A stretch of 64,000 bases of DNA from Octopus vulgaris (lineage: Eukaryota): assembly GCA_951406725.2 (NCBI GenBank), contig OX597816.1:35898001-35962000 (forward strand). Direction: 5' to 3'. The notes beneath the pieces are model-generated. The model did not search any database, had not been told where the DNA came from, and worked only from the letters and a program-made list of their open reading frames with translations. Positions 27,382-40,894 of the stretch are shown piece after piece; the stretch's first letter is position 1; each line of letters opens with the position of its first letter. The position numbers and the translations under genes were made by a program.

Positions 27382-27470
27382 TACGAACTTCAGGACCGCA
27401 TGATCACTTGAACTATACTTTAAGGAATCTTTTTTTTTTAACTATTGTCTACATGAATGTATTTCCTATA

Positions 27471-27865
27471 TCTTTATATATAAAAGTGAGGTTGTGTGCT
27501 GTCTGTCTCCTACTATTTAGATTCCTAACTACACTCACATTTTGCGGTGCAGTTTAACCAAAACCGGGTATCTTATAGTCGTGATTCAAATCGAGCCCTT
27601 CTGGGTATTAGCGCGCATCTACGACGAGTCTACGGTTTAAAAAAAAATTGCCATCAATTTTTCCCATTTGAATGCATTTTTGGCATATATAAGGGAAATA
27701 ACTCTCTAAAAATTTATTATTAAATCTCAGAACGTAAAAAGCTACAGTAACACCCCCCCCTTTGTGGTTAGCCATATTGAGATGGCTATTATACTTTACA
27801 TCTGTAAAAATGCTTATATAGTTATATCCCTTACAAACCCGAGCAACGCCGGGCGATGCTGCTAG
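27471..27865 (+). mobile_element. Non-autonomous Helitron
   Basis: A|TC start, subterminal hairpin cccg-agcaacgc-cggg, CTAG|T end, no target-site duplication. Confidence 0.8.
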
Positions 27866-28760
27866 TTTAGTATACATGTTGCAAGCTACTGTATCTCGAA
27901 TCTTAAGGCAGTGTGCTGGCAGAATCATTAGCACGCCGGGCGAAATGCTTAGCAGTATTTCGTCTGCCGCTACGTTCTGAGTTCAAATTCCGTCGAGGTC
28001 GACTTTCATCCTTTCGTGGTCGATTAAATAAGTACCAGTTACGCATTGGGGTCGATATAATCGACTTAATCCGTTCGTCTGTCCTTGTTTGTCCTCTCTG
28101 TGTTTAGCCCCTTGTGGGTAGTAAAGAAATTTGTATTTCGAATCTTAAATTTGACATACCATCTGGTCCTCAATTATTCTGGAGATGTGTAACGCGACGC
28201 TGTTCATAATATAAACGACCAAGAAATGGTATTTTTACATTGCATGGGATAAAAAAAAATTGGAGCCGATGTAGATTTTTTTCAGTAGATAGGTGTCGGT
28301 AACATTTCCCTCTATTTTATGTATCAGTTTCTCTTCGGCAGTTTATATTTTACATTCCAGATTACTTACACCTACGTGTTAACATTCCCGATATAATAAG
28401 ATTATATATTCTATATTTTATCTTTACTGACAGTATCTATATATGAAGTACTGAATCTGGGTATTTTTCAAGAATAGGTTGTATATAATGAAATAATACA
28501 TACCAACTTAAGCTAGCAGTAGAAACGGTCGAGATCCCTGTCTGATCTACGTAGTTATATTAACTCTGCATAATTATACTATGTGTACTTCTTGAAGTAG
28601 TGATCTTCCTGGCATCAGCAGCACTGGTATCTCGGACACACGGAAACACGCATGCACACACGCGCGCACGCACACACTCATACACACACCGTACACAAAG
28701 ACACACAAATAAAATACATATTTAAGTATAGCCTCTCAACTATCGAGACACCTCTGACAT

Positions 28761-28972
28761 TTTACTCTTTTACTCTTTCAATTGTTTCAGTCATTTGACT
28801 GCGGCCATGCTGGAGCACCGCCTTTAGTCGAGAAAATCGACCCCGGGACTTATTCTTTGTAAGTCCAGTACTTATTCTATCGGTCTCTTTTGCCGAACCG
28901 CTAAGTGACGGGGACGTAAACACACCAGCGTCGGTTGTCAAGCAATGCCAGGGAGACAAACACAGACACACA

Positions 28973-29003
<31 letters not shown>

Positions 29004-29170
29004 CATATATACGACAGGCTTCTTTCAGTTTCCGTCTACCAAATCCACTCACAAGGCATTGGTCAGCCCGGTGCTATAGCAGAAGACACTTGCCCAAGAT
29101 GCCACGCAGTGTGACTGAACCCGGAACCATGTGGTTGGTTAGCAAGCTAGTTACCACACAGCCACTCCCA
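28761..29170 (-). mobile_element. tRNA-derived SINE (third family)
   Basis: Reverse complement starts ggagtggctgtgtggtaa...ggttccgggttcagtc and ends in an agagtaaa-type tail; copies at 32433-32840(-), 11403-11555(-, partial), ~55790-55970(+, partial). Confidence 0.8.
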
Positions 29171-30017
29171 ATGATTTTCTCCCATTTCGATCACGGGCTT
29201 TATTTACGCATTCAAGAGGTTTGCTACATACTTAAATCTGTGAATAATTCTTATTCAAGTGTATATTTAGGTTTCCTTAATTTTGTGTCATTATTTCTAA
29301 ATGTAAGATAGATCTCTAGAAAGAAAAGTAACATTCTCTGGCAAGCAATAATCACATGAGATAGTTGACATGAATAATTCAACAACTAATCCTCAGAGAG
29401 CATATCTATAATTTCTCGGTTATATAACAATTCAAATTTCCCCGTCGATAAATAATATGAAATAGAAAACAATATATTATATTACGTTACTTTACTAGCG
29501 ATGAAGATTCAAAAGCGACGTCTAAGTTTATTACGATAATATATTTTGAATGACTAATTTACAGTTAAAGTAAAATGTCTGTATATTAGTTCCAATATTG
29601 AGACACCAGTTCAGTGTGAATACCATACTATTTTATATGTATGACGTAACCATGTTGTGGTTCAACAGATTACAACTTTGAAGACGCGTTCTGTGGTTAG
29701 AACTTAATTGTATGTATATGAGATATTACCAAACAACATAAGGATACAAGTTGAAATATGAAGTATGGGTACAAGCTGAAATATTCTCAGCTCCTTTTCC
29801 AAATTATTCTATGAATTTTCTTTCCAGCAATAACACTTAGTACTAATGCAAATAACCCATGCGTAATCAGTGGACGTAGATTTATCTCTAATTTTGTACT
29901 GTGAGTTTCATCAATTTCTTTCAGAAAAGTACTACAAATTCAGTCCATCGATTGCAATGTATCATGCCTCATTAGTTACTTTAAATGTTCAGTAGCCACC
30001 ATATTTTAACTGCAAGT

Positions 30018-30071
<54 letters not shown>

Positions 30072-30074
<3 letters not shown>

Positions 30075-30165
30075 ATTGGCTAAACTGGCAAAATGACCAT
30101 TCGAAATACAACATTGTCTATTTCAACACACGACTTCACATATAAAATCTTGCACAACAAATACA
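30072..30165 (+). mobile_element. Solo 3' tail of the Naiad-like PLE family, within (TA)n
   Basis: Homologous to the reverse complement of 34600-34695. Confidence 0.75.
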
Positions 30166-32432
30166 TATATATATAGGAAATATACTAATACCTTCAATCT
30201 ATAAATATTTAGTAACACATTCCTTTGGTTTTCTTTTTTAAAGCCACTCCTTTTCCTATGCAAATATATATATAGCCAGAATGTTATAAAATACGTTCAT
30301 TAAAGTAACAATATCACGATGTACAGTATATACTCTCTGCATATTACGCACGCTATCATTTGCTTACATACCCACATCTACTTCATAAATATAAGACTGA
30401 ATTTGCGTTATGGACCACAAATGTCCCCAAAATGGCTCTTTATAGGGAATTAAACTTTGTTGAGATATATCAATGTAGCAGAAGTGAAACCATAATTTGA
30501 TAATGTTACATTACAATGTGCGAACAGAAGGTACGGAAAAACAAATGCTCAATGACTATTTGTTAGGTTTTTTACTAATGCAGTTTCCTCTCCCCAAGCG
30601 CGCTTATATTGTCCCAACATCTCCCAATGTTTCCATATTACAAAATATTAAAACAGACTCTCTGAGGTTATATTCCTTTCTATTGCATAATACGAATACT
30701 ACAACATTATGACGAATAAAAAGCAGTTTCTAAGTATTCTCAATACGAAGTTTTGACTAAACATCCATGTATTGAACCGTTTAGACGTAGTGTTATTTGA
30801 CGTTATTAACGGTAAATGTCAAATGAAAGAAATGAAAATAAATCCGAAATATTTATAACGTCATTTAATTAAAACCGAGCTAAAAATATTACAAAATTCA
30901 GTCTGTTGAAAGAGCTATGAGTAAATATTGTTTCTAGGCTAGTAGTTGTTTACAAGCTTCTTGAAAGATGATCTTGAATTTTTTTTTTCTCTTAGGTATC
31001 CGGGATTTTATAAATACACTACGCTGCACTAATAATTAATATACATTATTACGTCCCCCCGCCAAAAAACAACAGAATAAATAAATAGATATTCAGTAAA
31101 GCGAATATCAAATGTGTTTGGATATTAGTCTTTACATTTCATATAAAAAAAATATCATATTTTGGATCCAAAAGTATTTTCGTTTTAGTTATATTCAATT
31201 TACTACTTAATTTCGCATTCTGTTTCTCAAGTTAATTTGATGTATTGTTTCGATAACAGTATAACGTTTGTGATTATCAAATGGAGCATCAATTATTATT
31301 GTTCAACTGACATTGATAAATTATATCTAGAATATATTGAAATCTAAAACGATTTGATGAGAAACAATGGAATTAGAAGTTTTCACTACTGCAAGTTTGT
31401 CCCAGTAACGAGAGACGTCGATAATATTGACTTGCAGATATAATTTTTATATGAGATGATTATTAGTTTGTATACTGATAAATCACATAATTAGCTTCAT
31501 CCAAAATCGCTGACTGTAGTTGAAGGGACACTGATCATTGCAGAGCAACTTCATAGGATATGAACTTATGATAGTCATAGATACCTTCTTTACATCAAAG
31601 TTCACATATCAATTTTTCCCATCAGATGATTCATGCATTCTTGATTGTTATACTGAAAATCCGGAAAACTTCCGAATATTGAACTTGTATTCTCTAGACA
31701 GTTTCAAATCCCCTGTACAGACGCTTCTATCTGAAGTATTGAAAACTCATATTAAATGCAGACATTCCTCATAAAGAACGTCGAAGTTAACAGTGCAAGC
31801 AAATTTATGTTAAGGTAGCAGTTCTAATTAAGCCTAAGCTGGTACTTTAATATTTTCAGATGTAATGTAAATATGTTGCCGCATTTCGTAATTATCTATG
31901 GAATGTTTACTGAAGAAATGTAAATATCTTTACTATCTACATTCATCCGAGGTTGCAAAACAGAACAATAAATCATGTATGCAATTGAAAAGACTGCAAT
32001 TTATCAAGTCCGACTCATGAATTATACTGAACTTGTAATAAACCAACACAATACAACTAATTAAAGGATTAGCAGTCACTGATTAACAACTAATGAAATT
32101 ATCATCCGCAATAAATAATGCCTTGTACATTTTAATCTTAAGGGGTAATTCTAAAAGCATTTCGAATTCAAAGTGATTCTAAACGGAACAAATGTAAGAT
32201 AATTTATGGTGACTTTCTATGTACGTAAACTGTTGTATACCAGCATAAGATATGCTCGTATACAACATACTGTAAATTTTCTGAAAGTAAAACTCTGCAA
32301 GCATATGTTATCTTTAAACATACTATGGTTTTGTATTTCTGTACATAAATTACAGAAACTTAGAAAAGTTCTATATTTAAATGAAAAACATGAAAATATT
32401 TTAGGGAGAAAATAATAGAATAAACTGTAATA

Positions 32433-32840
32433 TACTCTTTACTCGCTTGTTTAATATTTTACTTGTTTCAGTCATTTGACTGTGGCCATGCTGGGGCACC
32501 GCCTTTAGTCGAAGAAATGTACCCCAGGACTTATTCTTTGTAAGCCTATTACTTATTCTATCGGTCTCTTATGTCGAACCGCTAAGATACGGGTACGTAA
32601 ACATACCAGCATTGGTTGTCAAGCGATGTTGGAGGAGACACACACGCTCATATATTTATACATATTCATATATACGACGGGCTTCATTCAGTTTCCGTCT
32701 ACCATATCCACTCACAAGGCTTTGGTCGGCCTGAGGCTGTAATAGAAGACACAGTTGCCCAAGGTGCCACGCAGTGGGACTGAACCTGCAACAATGTGGT
32801 TGGTATGAAAGGTACTTACCAGAGAGCCATTCCCGCGCCT
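32433..32840 (-). mobile_element. tRNA-derived SINE, same family as 28761-29170
   Basis: Near full-length similarity to 28761-29170. Confidence 0.8.
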
Positions 32841-33204
32841 ATATAAAATTATAGGGAGACTGCCGTGACCAGGCACCTTAATCATAGGAGGGAGAAGAAT
32901 TTAGTTTTTCAGGGTCTTCGAGCGCTAACCTGGCGAGCATCTAGGAGATTATACTCCGATAAATGTATGCATGAAGCAGGTAGTGGTATTAATATAGGCA
33001 ATGCATTAAATCAACAACTCATTCAACAGCTTAAAATTGAGAGGTTCGTTTTATATTCAGGAAATACTCAATCATAAAAATACTGTATGTAACATATGAG
33101 AAAATACAATGAGAAAAAGGAAATAGATTTGGTGACAGTTCAAATAATACAAAACATAAGACATAATCTTTAAAACAATGAAACAGATTTATTCATTGCA
33201 CACA

Positions 33205-33257
<53 letters not shown>

Positions 33258-33351
33258 ACACACAAACAAACAAGCATATTCACAAGCACACATGCTCATT
33301 CATACATACATACATACGTCCATATACATATATATACATACATATGTATAT

Positions 33352-33412
<61 letters not shown>

Positions 33413-33481
33413 TATATAATTAGCAGAATGAGATAAAGATCCGAGGGTATGAAAGATTTCAGAACATTTATAAATAGAATG

Positions 33482-33527
33482 TCTTACTGCTGTTTCCGGG
33501 ATATTTCACATATCCCTTAATCGGAGA
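33482..33527 (-). ncRNA. Degenerate hammerhead (U4C, G8U) in a putative PLE 3' UTR (~33420-34140, minus strand)
   Basis: Reverse complement tct-CCGATTA-a-gggatat(gtgaa)atatccc-g-GAAAC-agca-GTA-aga; 7-bp stem II. Confidence 0.65.
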
Positions 33528-34147
33528 TAGTGTGAGAGATTGGTTGAGCAATAATTACTCTAGAGGAGATATGGTATAGAAAGTGAAGTAGAGGAATGAA
33601 AACAGGCGTGGGATATGCAGGGATATTGTATCTGCAGTTCCATTATTTAAGGAGAATGGTTTACACACATCAACACATAAATACGCATACAAAGGCCATG
33701 TATATAAGTTTCCTGTACCTTGTGTGAAAGTTCTAATAGCATTTAAAATTGATCATTCGAAGCACAGAGTGTGTAAAAGGTGTTATTGAATCGAGGGCTT
33801 TTTGAAGTGATTTAAAAGTTGGGAATGTGTTTGTAAGGTCAAATCAAAAACAGGAAGAGAGGGAGAAAAAAGAAAGAAACAAAAGAAAAGCAGGGTGAGA
33901 GATAATAAAGTAATGGTCAGTCAAGATAAATTGATAGAAGGAATGAGAAGGTGAGAGTGATAGAGAGAGATAAGTTATGAGATTGTAAAGAGACAGGAGG
34001 ATAAAGAGTAAATGAGTGTCAGGTATGTAGTGAGAGAGCCTAAGTGAAGAGCAGAGAGAGAGCAGGTATGGTAGTAAAATGGTGGAAAGAAGAATTTGGA
34101 AATATAGTTTAGGTTGGTTAGAAGACAGGTCAGTGCTTAGTAGTAGA

Positions 34148-34214
<67 letters not shown>

Positions 34215-34261
34215 TAATCCAAACAAGAAAACAAAAACGAAAAGACAACGCAAGGACGTGG

Positions 34262-34320
<59 letters not shown>

Positions 34321-34554
34321 ATGTGTGTGTGTGTAAAGATGTATACACATACATATATTGAAAATCTATATAGATATTTACACACATCAACACATAAATA
34401 CGCATACAAAGCCCATGCATGTTACATATATGCACTCTTATTTGTATCTAATTTTTACATACATAAAAATTCCTGCATACACAGAGGCATTCATATAGGC
34501 TTGCAGATGGGCATAATTGTATGTGAGTATACACATATATACACGTACACATGC

Positions 34555-34595
<41 letters not shown>

Positions 34596-34771
34596 CGTTT
34601 AAATATTTGTTGTGCAAGATTTTTTATGTGAAGTCGTGTGTTGAAACAGATATTGTTATATTTCGGAATGGTCATATTGCCAGTTTAGCCAATAAAAACA
34701 CACGCACTATATATTTGGTGTTATTTTGCTTCAGTGATATTTATTTTTTACATTAATCTTAATCTTATTTC

Positions 34772-34816
34772 GGCCAAAGTTCTTTCGTCACACTCCTGTG
34801 ACCGCATCAGTGGTCC
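34772..34816 (-). ncRNA. Hammerhead-like motif (A9C variant), left arm
   Basis: Reverse complement of 37070-37114. Confidence 0.6.
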
Positions 34817-35340
34817 TTTGTTTTCTTCTCACTTACTTGTGTCTCTCCTTACTAACCGTCAGCCATTTTGTATTTCTATTGTATGTCTTCATTTGCGCAT
34901 GCTTATATCTCTATGTGCGTCTATGTTTATTTAGTGTGTGGGGGGGATGCCTGTAATATTTGTATCTTCTGGTTATATACATTCTTGTAATTTGTATTTT
35001 GTTTTTGTTGTTGTTGCTTTTGTTCTAATTTTATTCATGTGTTTACATCCACCCATTATTATCATTACATATGCTTGTATGTATGTATAACAACAATATT
35101 AGTAATAATAATAATAAATCTAATCGAGAAAAAAAAAAAAAAAAAAAAAGAATATACATATACATATATATATATATACATACATATACATATACATATA
35201 TATATATATATATATACATATATACACACATATATACACATATACATATACATATATATACACATATACATATATATAGATATTCATTTCTATTTCTTTA
35301 ATTACCTGTGTATTTATTATGTTTGCAGGATCCACTATTG

Positions 35341-35962
35341 TCATATGTTGTGGTGTGCGCTATTGCTCCATTCTAGTTTTCTATTCAGGCTAGGTTTATT
35401 TTCTATTATATGTGTAGCTTCTGTAATTTGTCTAATTGTTGCATCTGTTCTATGTGTGGACAATATCTTAATCTCTATGTTATTGATTGATCCCCCGTGT
35501 TCTTGTTCGGCGTGTTGGTACAGAATCGATGAGCTTTTACCTTCCTTGAGTTGTCTCCAATGTTCATTCACCCGCTCACCAATGCTTCTTGCAGTTTCCC
35601 CTACGTATGTTACTGTCTTGTTACTGCATCGTCCCTCTATACATCTTATACTATAGACCACATTTCTGGCTTTACAGTTCGTTTGTGGGCTAAATCTACA
35701 TACAGTGCAATAGTTATCCGTACAGAGAGTTCTACTAAAAGGATAGGTTCTACCAATTATAGATCTGATAGGGTTGCCTGGCTTTTCAACAACCTTAATT
35801 CTTAGTTTAAGTTTATCTAGGGTCCTTCTAAAGCGGTACGCTAGTTCACCTCCAGGGGTGGTGTCAACGAACATGACACTCTGGTATTTATGGCTATCAT
35901 ACCAAGAGTTGGCCTTCCTTATTTTCTTTTTTGTTTTTTTTGTCCTTTCTATAGTGTTCCAT
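35341..35962 (-). CDS. Naiad-like PLE zinc-linker plus GIY-YIG endonuclease, 5'-truncated
   Basis: [13 protein letters not shown]...IKVVEKPG...PF...CTDNYCTVC...[10 protein letters not shown]...C...[16 protein letters not shown]...RQITEA...PSLNRKLEW; the first ~12 aa of the track ORF come from the opposite arm. Confidence 0.88.
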
Positions 35963-36547
35963 AGAAAATAAGGAAGGCCAACTCTTGGTATGATAGCCAT
36001 AAATACCAGAGTGTCATGTTCGTTGACACCACCCCTGGAGGTGAACTAGCGTACCGCTTTAGAAGGACCCTAGATAAACTTAAACTAAGAATTAAGGTTG
36101 TTGAAAAGCCAGGCAACCCTATCAGATCTATAATTGGTAGAACCTATCCTTTTAGTAGAACTCTCTGTACGGATAACTATTGCACTGTATGTAGATTTAG
36201 CCCACAAACGAACTGTAAAGCCAGAAATGTGGTCTATAGTATAAGATGTATAGAGGGACGATGCAGTAACAAGACAGTAACATACGTAGGGGAAACTGCA
36301 AGAAGCATTGGTGAGCGGGTGAATGAACATTGGAGACAACTCAAGGAAGGTAAAAGCTCATCGATTCTGTACCAACACGCCGAACAAGAACACGGGGATC
36401 AATCAATAACATAGAGATTAAGATATTGTCCACACATAGAACAGATGCAACAATTAGACAAATTACAGAAGCTACACATATAATAGAAAATAAACCTAGC
36501 CTGAATAGAAAACTAGAATGGAGCAATAGCGCACACCACAACATATG
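35963..36547 (+). pseudogene. Mirror copy of the GIY-YIG ORF with a 1-bp deletion
   Basis: cacggggatc (4 G) here vs 5 C in the left arm, so the ORF ends at 36414 (GDQSIT). Confidence 0.85.
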
Positions 36548-36654
36548 ACAATAGTGGATCCTGCAAACATAATAAATACACAGGTAATTAAAGAAATAGA
36601 GATGAATATCTATATATATGTATATGTGTATATATATGTATATGTATATGTGTA

Positions 36655-36697
<43 letters not shown>

Positions 36698-37069
36698 GTA
36701 TATGTATGTATATATATATATATGTATATGTATATTCTTTTTTTTTTTTTTTTTTCTCGATTAGATTTATTATTATTATTACTAATATTGTTGTTATACA
36801 TACATACAAGCATATGTAATGATAATAATGGGTGGATGTAAACACATGAATAAAATTAGAACAAAAGCAACAACAACAAAAACAAAATACAAATTACAAG
36901 AATGTATATAACCAGAAGATACAAATATTACAGGCATCCCCCCCCCACACACTAAATAAACATAGACGCACATAGAGATATAAGCATGCGCAAATGAAGA
37001 CATACAATAGAAATACAAAATGGCTGACGGTTAGTAAGGAGAGACACAAGTAAGTGAGAAGAAAACAAA

Positions 37070-37114
37070 GGACCACTGATGCGGTCACAGGAGTGTGACG
37101 AAAGAACTTTGGCC
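37070..37114 (+). ncRNA. Hammerhead-like motif (A9C variant), right arm
   Basis: ggacca-CTGATGC-g-gtcaca(ggag)tgtgac-GAAAG-aa-CTT-tggcc; 6-bp stem II, stem I cca/tgg, located in the 3' UTR where PLE HHRs lie. Confidence 0.6.
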
Positions 37115-37228
37115 GAAATAAGATTAAGATTAATGTAAAAAATAAATATCACTGAAGCAAAATAACACCAAATATATAGTGCGTGTGTTTTTATTGGCTA
37201 AACTGGCAATATGACCATTCCGAAATAT

Positions 37229-37292
<64 letters not shown>

Positions 37293-38192
37293 TTATGTAT
37301 ATATATGAAATAATATTGTATGTATTACCGTTTATTATGTTTTTCAAGTGCTAGATCATCCCAGGAGGAAGCGTGCATACCGTCATTGCTCATGCTCCTT
37401 CTTGCATACATTTCCTAACATGATATAATATAGCCAGTGTGGTAAAACTAAAACGCAATGACTATTATTGCATTATCATTAATATCAGCGCTTTTCGTTC
37501 AGATTGTTTTTACTGTATTACAACTACTATCTCACATATACCTACTCACGTACCCACATGCATATGTACGTACATGCACACTATCGACGATACAAACACA
37601 AAGTTGTTGAGTACATACACACAATACGCACATATCTTCAAATGCACATACAATTCTCTCATTACAAGATAAGAATTACCAAGTAAATATGGAATTAACA
37701 CGGAGAAATACTCACCGCACACAATTCTTTTCTACTCTAGGCACAAGGTCCGAATTTTTTGGGGAAGGATGGCCAGCGGATTAGATCGATCCAGTACGCA
37801 AGTGGCACTTACTTTATCGACGATCAAAAGATGGAAGGCAAAGTCGACCTCGGCGGAATTTGAACAGATGAAATACCGCTAAGTATTTTGCCCGACGTGT
37901 CAGTCCCAAAAATTAAGAGAGTATGAATTTATAGAACGAAACATGCGTTCGGTATTTGCTCTACCTATTTGCGTCACCTCCAAACCTTATTCTAGCTGAA
38001 CATCCAGGACGTGCAGTTCGAGATAAGGAACAAATAAGGCTTTCTAATTAGTCAGTTGATGTGTGATGACCAATTAGGAACTGGATTGCTTTACCTGACA
38101 TGAGTGAACCAAATACCGACAGCACAGCCACAGGGACAGCAAAGTTATCATACTATACATTAACATACTATATATATATAAATACATATACA

Positions 38193-38239
<47 letters not shown>

Positions 38240-38242
<3 letters not shown>

Positions 38243-39280
38243 GTGAATTGAAGAAATGGAGTTGAACGAAGATTGAACAGAAATCGTTTTATTGCATTCT
38301 ACACGTGTTTCGAAAGCCACAATTTACCAAATTCCGATTGAATAAGGAGACCATATTGTGTCTTTCTCTTCAGGAAGAAATAGGAAATCCGTTGGAAAAA
38401 ACAAAAACAGAACAGAGGCGGAGCAAAACAAATCGAACGAGGCTCCTAAGAGCCCATGGCCAAACTGTTTATCAATGTATGTTGAAATCGGGTGGTGGGT
38501 GCGTTGAAGATTTTAACAGGTCAGGCAGCGGTCATTCCGGTGGGTGAGAGCACGGGGTGCGTAGATGTTCTTTGTGACCGAGACTAAAGTTCTGACTATT
38601 TAAAGAATATTAGGTGTATTATATGGGGCGAGCCAAAATCTACTTAGAAACATGTGTGTGTGTACTGTTCTATATGTGCGCGGCTGCGAGTTGGTAAGAA
38701 GCGCTACACACTGGTCACTGCTGAGAAATCCGTCAGGGGGTAGAAAATATTTTATGTGTTCGTATGTGCGTTTGATCGCGCGGCCGACAGTTGGTAAACA
38801 GCCCTACACAATGGTCACTGCTGAAAAATCCGTCAGGCGGCAGAAAAATATTTTATGTGTGCGTGTGTTCGTCTAATCATGCCTTGTCAAAGAAACACCC
38901 CGTCGTCAACACAAAACACCATTCGTCTCCTGGGAGTAATTCCCCTTGCAATGGTTAATCATATTTCTTTTAAAAGCTTTTTCAAAATTTATTTCCAAGG
39001 GCTATTTTCATATAAGTAGTGTAACCGGGTGCAGGTATTATTTATAAGCGTTATTTATAAGCAAGATAAGTATAACGCCGCCAATGGGGGCATCGAAAAG
39101 CCGACTGTAAAAGTTCGTTTACCATCCGGTCTCTGGCGAACAATATATGGAAGAGCTCGGAGATACAAAGGTTGCACTTCCTTCTGCCCCTATCAAATGG
39201 GAGGGCCACCGACAAAATTGACCATTCCAGCCTGTAGCTTGAGTTCGTATTCTTCAATCGCCATATTAGCTTGCTAAGTC
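38240..39280 (-). mobile_element. 5'-truncated Nematis-like PLE 3' end (EN C-terminus, 3' UTR, HHR, ending in (TA)n)
   Basis: YRLEWSILSVALPFDRGRRKCNLCISELFHIL...FRCPH (39051-39250); ~75-bp direct repeat at ~38704/38803. Confidence 0.75.
38297..38376 (-). ncRNA. Canonical-core type I hammerhead ribozyme
   Basis: Reverse complement ttc-CTGAAGA-gaaag.cacaat...attgtg.ctttc-GAAAC-acgt-GTA-gaa; extended stem II; palindromic ACACGTGT. Confidence 0.88.
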
Positions 39281-39313
39281 CCGTGGTCTGGCTTTTATTC
39301 ACGTCTCGAAAAC

Positions 39314-39397
39314 ATATACTGGAGACAAGGAAAATATATACTGGAGACAAGGAAAATATATACTGGAGACAAGGAAAATATATACTGGAGACAAGGA
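39314..39397 (+). repeat. 22-bp tandem repeat, ~4 copies
   Basis: ctggagacaagg at 39319, 39341, 39363 and 39385. Confidence 0.9.
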
Positions 39398-39630
39398 TTA
39401 TGGCAGCATTCACCAACTTAAATATTGATACCGTCCAGAAGAGTTGCAGGAGATTCCGAAGTCGTCTAAAGTTGGTGGTTGAAGGCAATGGCGATTTTAT
39501 TGAATAAATTTGTTCTTTCGTATTTCAAGATATTAAAAATTAATGTTGGTAAATATATCTGTTAAATAGATATATCTGTTATTTTCATTTTTGTTTATTT
39601 TAGATTAGAATTTATTCACCGCACCCTGTA
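39392..39630 (+). mobile_element. Tc1/mariner 3' relic with terminal inverted repeat
   Basis: RIMAAF...KSCRRFRSRLKLVVEGNGDFIE*; ends ...caccgcaccctg|TA. Confidence 0.7.
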
Positions 39631-40799
39631 TATATACATGCATATACATACACAAGCATACGCACACACGCGCACGCACAGACACACTCGCGCGCGCATG
39701 CATGCACACACAAACACACCCACTTACGCACACACTCACATACACACATCCATATACACACAGACCCACACACGCGCATGCACACAGACACACACACAAA
39801 CACACACACATATTTATATGTGAACAGTCCCAGACTCTTCAATTGCTTAGCATTATTTTCCATTCTATTAATAATATATGCACATATTATTTGTCAAATT
39901 TTGTCCGTTTGAAAGACTGCCCCAAGATATTGACTAGAATGGAAGGGATTTGTGAGGAAACATCACCGTTCTATGGATTCTAAATCCTAAAAATCGTCCG
40001 GCATCTGGTGTACCGTACACGTTCGAGGCACTAATGATACAAAAGAGCATAGTGTTAACACTAGTTGCCCGTAGCCTTCAGTAAGTCGAGCATTTAACAG
40101 CTACATTTATCAAGAAGCCGAGATACAATTGACTTGTAGACGAATGTTAAGAAACAAATTTCTTTCTCGTTTGACTAATGAGATTACAACGTTGTTCTCG
40201 ATTCACAGCAAGGTTAATACCAATTCCTTAAGAAAATGACTCTTATAAAACAGCATTCTTGTAAAAGCATTTGACAGCTTTAAAGAAGTAGCCTTGTGTA
40301 AGACTGAGTTTATCTCCAAACAGCAATTAAACAAATGAGTTAAAATACTTCATAAACGGTACGACATTTATGTTCTGTAGTATATATATTTAATTTTAGT
40401 AGTGTATTTTACAAACGGCAGCTGTAACATTTCTAACACTATCGTTACAGGAAGGTCTGATATGTGGCAGAGAAACATGCATTTACTGCATGTGAAATAT
40501 GACGGTTATCATCATAGAAGGAGAATATTTGATAAAATTTTACAGAGTACAATTGTACTGAAAAATATTCATGTGTTTTCTGAGGGGAACAGAGAAATCA
40601 CTAAAAAGAATTTAATATGATGATTGTGTGAAACGTATCGGATCACACAATTAAATGCATGAGTGCGTAAAGTATTTAAATGCCTAATACATAAACTCAT
40701 AGGCAGAAAACATCAGGTTCTTAATGAGATCAATGTTGCATCCATTATCATACATACACAAATCATATCTATACATTCAGGCCCCAGCTGTTTGCTGTG

Positions 40800-40894
<95 letters not shown>

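Larger units (their letters stand above)
34650..37236. mobile_element. 2.6-kb tail-out palindrome of a Naiad-like PLE 3' end (arms 34650-35927 / 35963-37236)
   Basis: Mirrored ORFs in the track; arms nearly identical except homopolymer/microsatellite lengths and a few substitutions; the left arm has an extra ~55-bp tail (34597-34649); (TA)n on both sides. Confidence 0.95.

Noticed and set aside
36540-36600. SECIS element / selenoprotein as reported for some Naiad PLEs
   Set aside because: No in-frame TGA in the EN fragment and no convincing SECIS stem after the stop codon
39314-39397. CRISPR-like array
   Set aside because: Head-to-tail repeat without unique spacers, eukaryotic context, no cas genes
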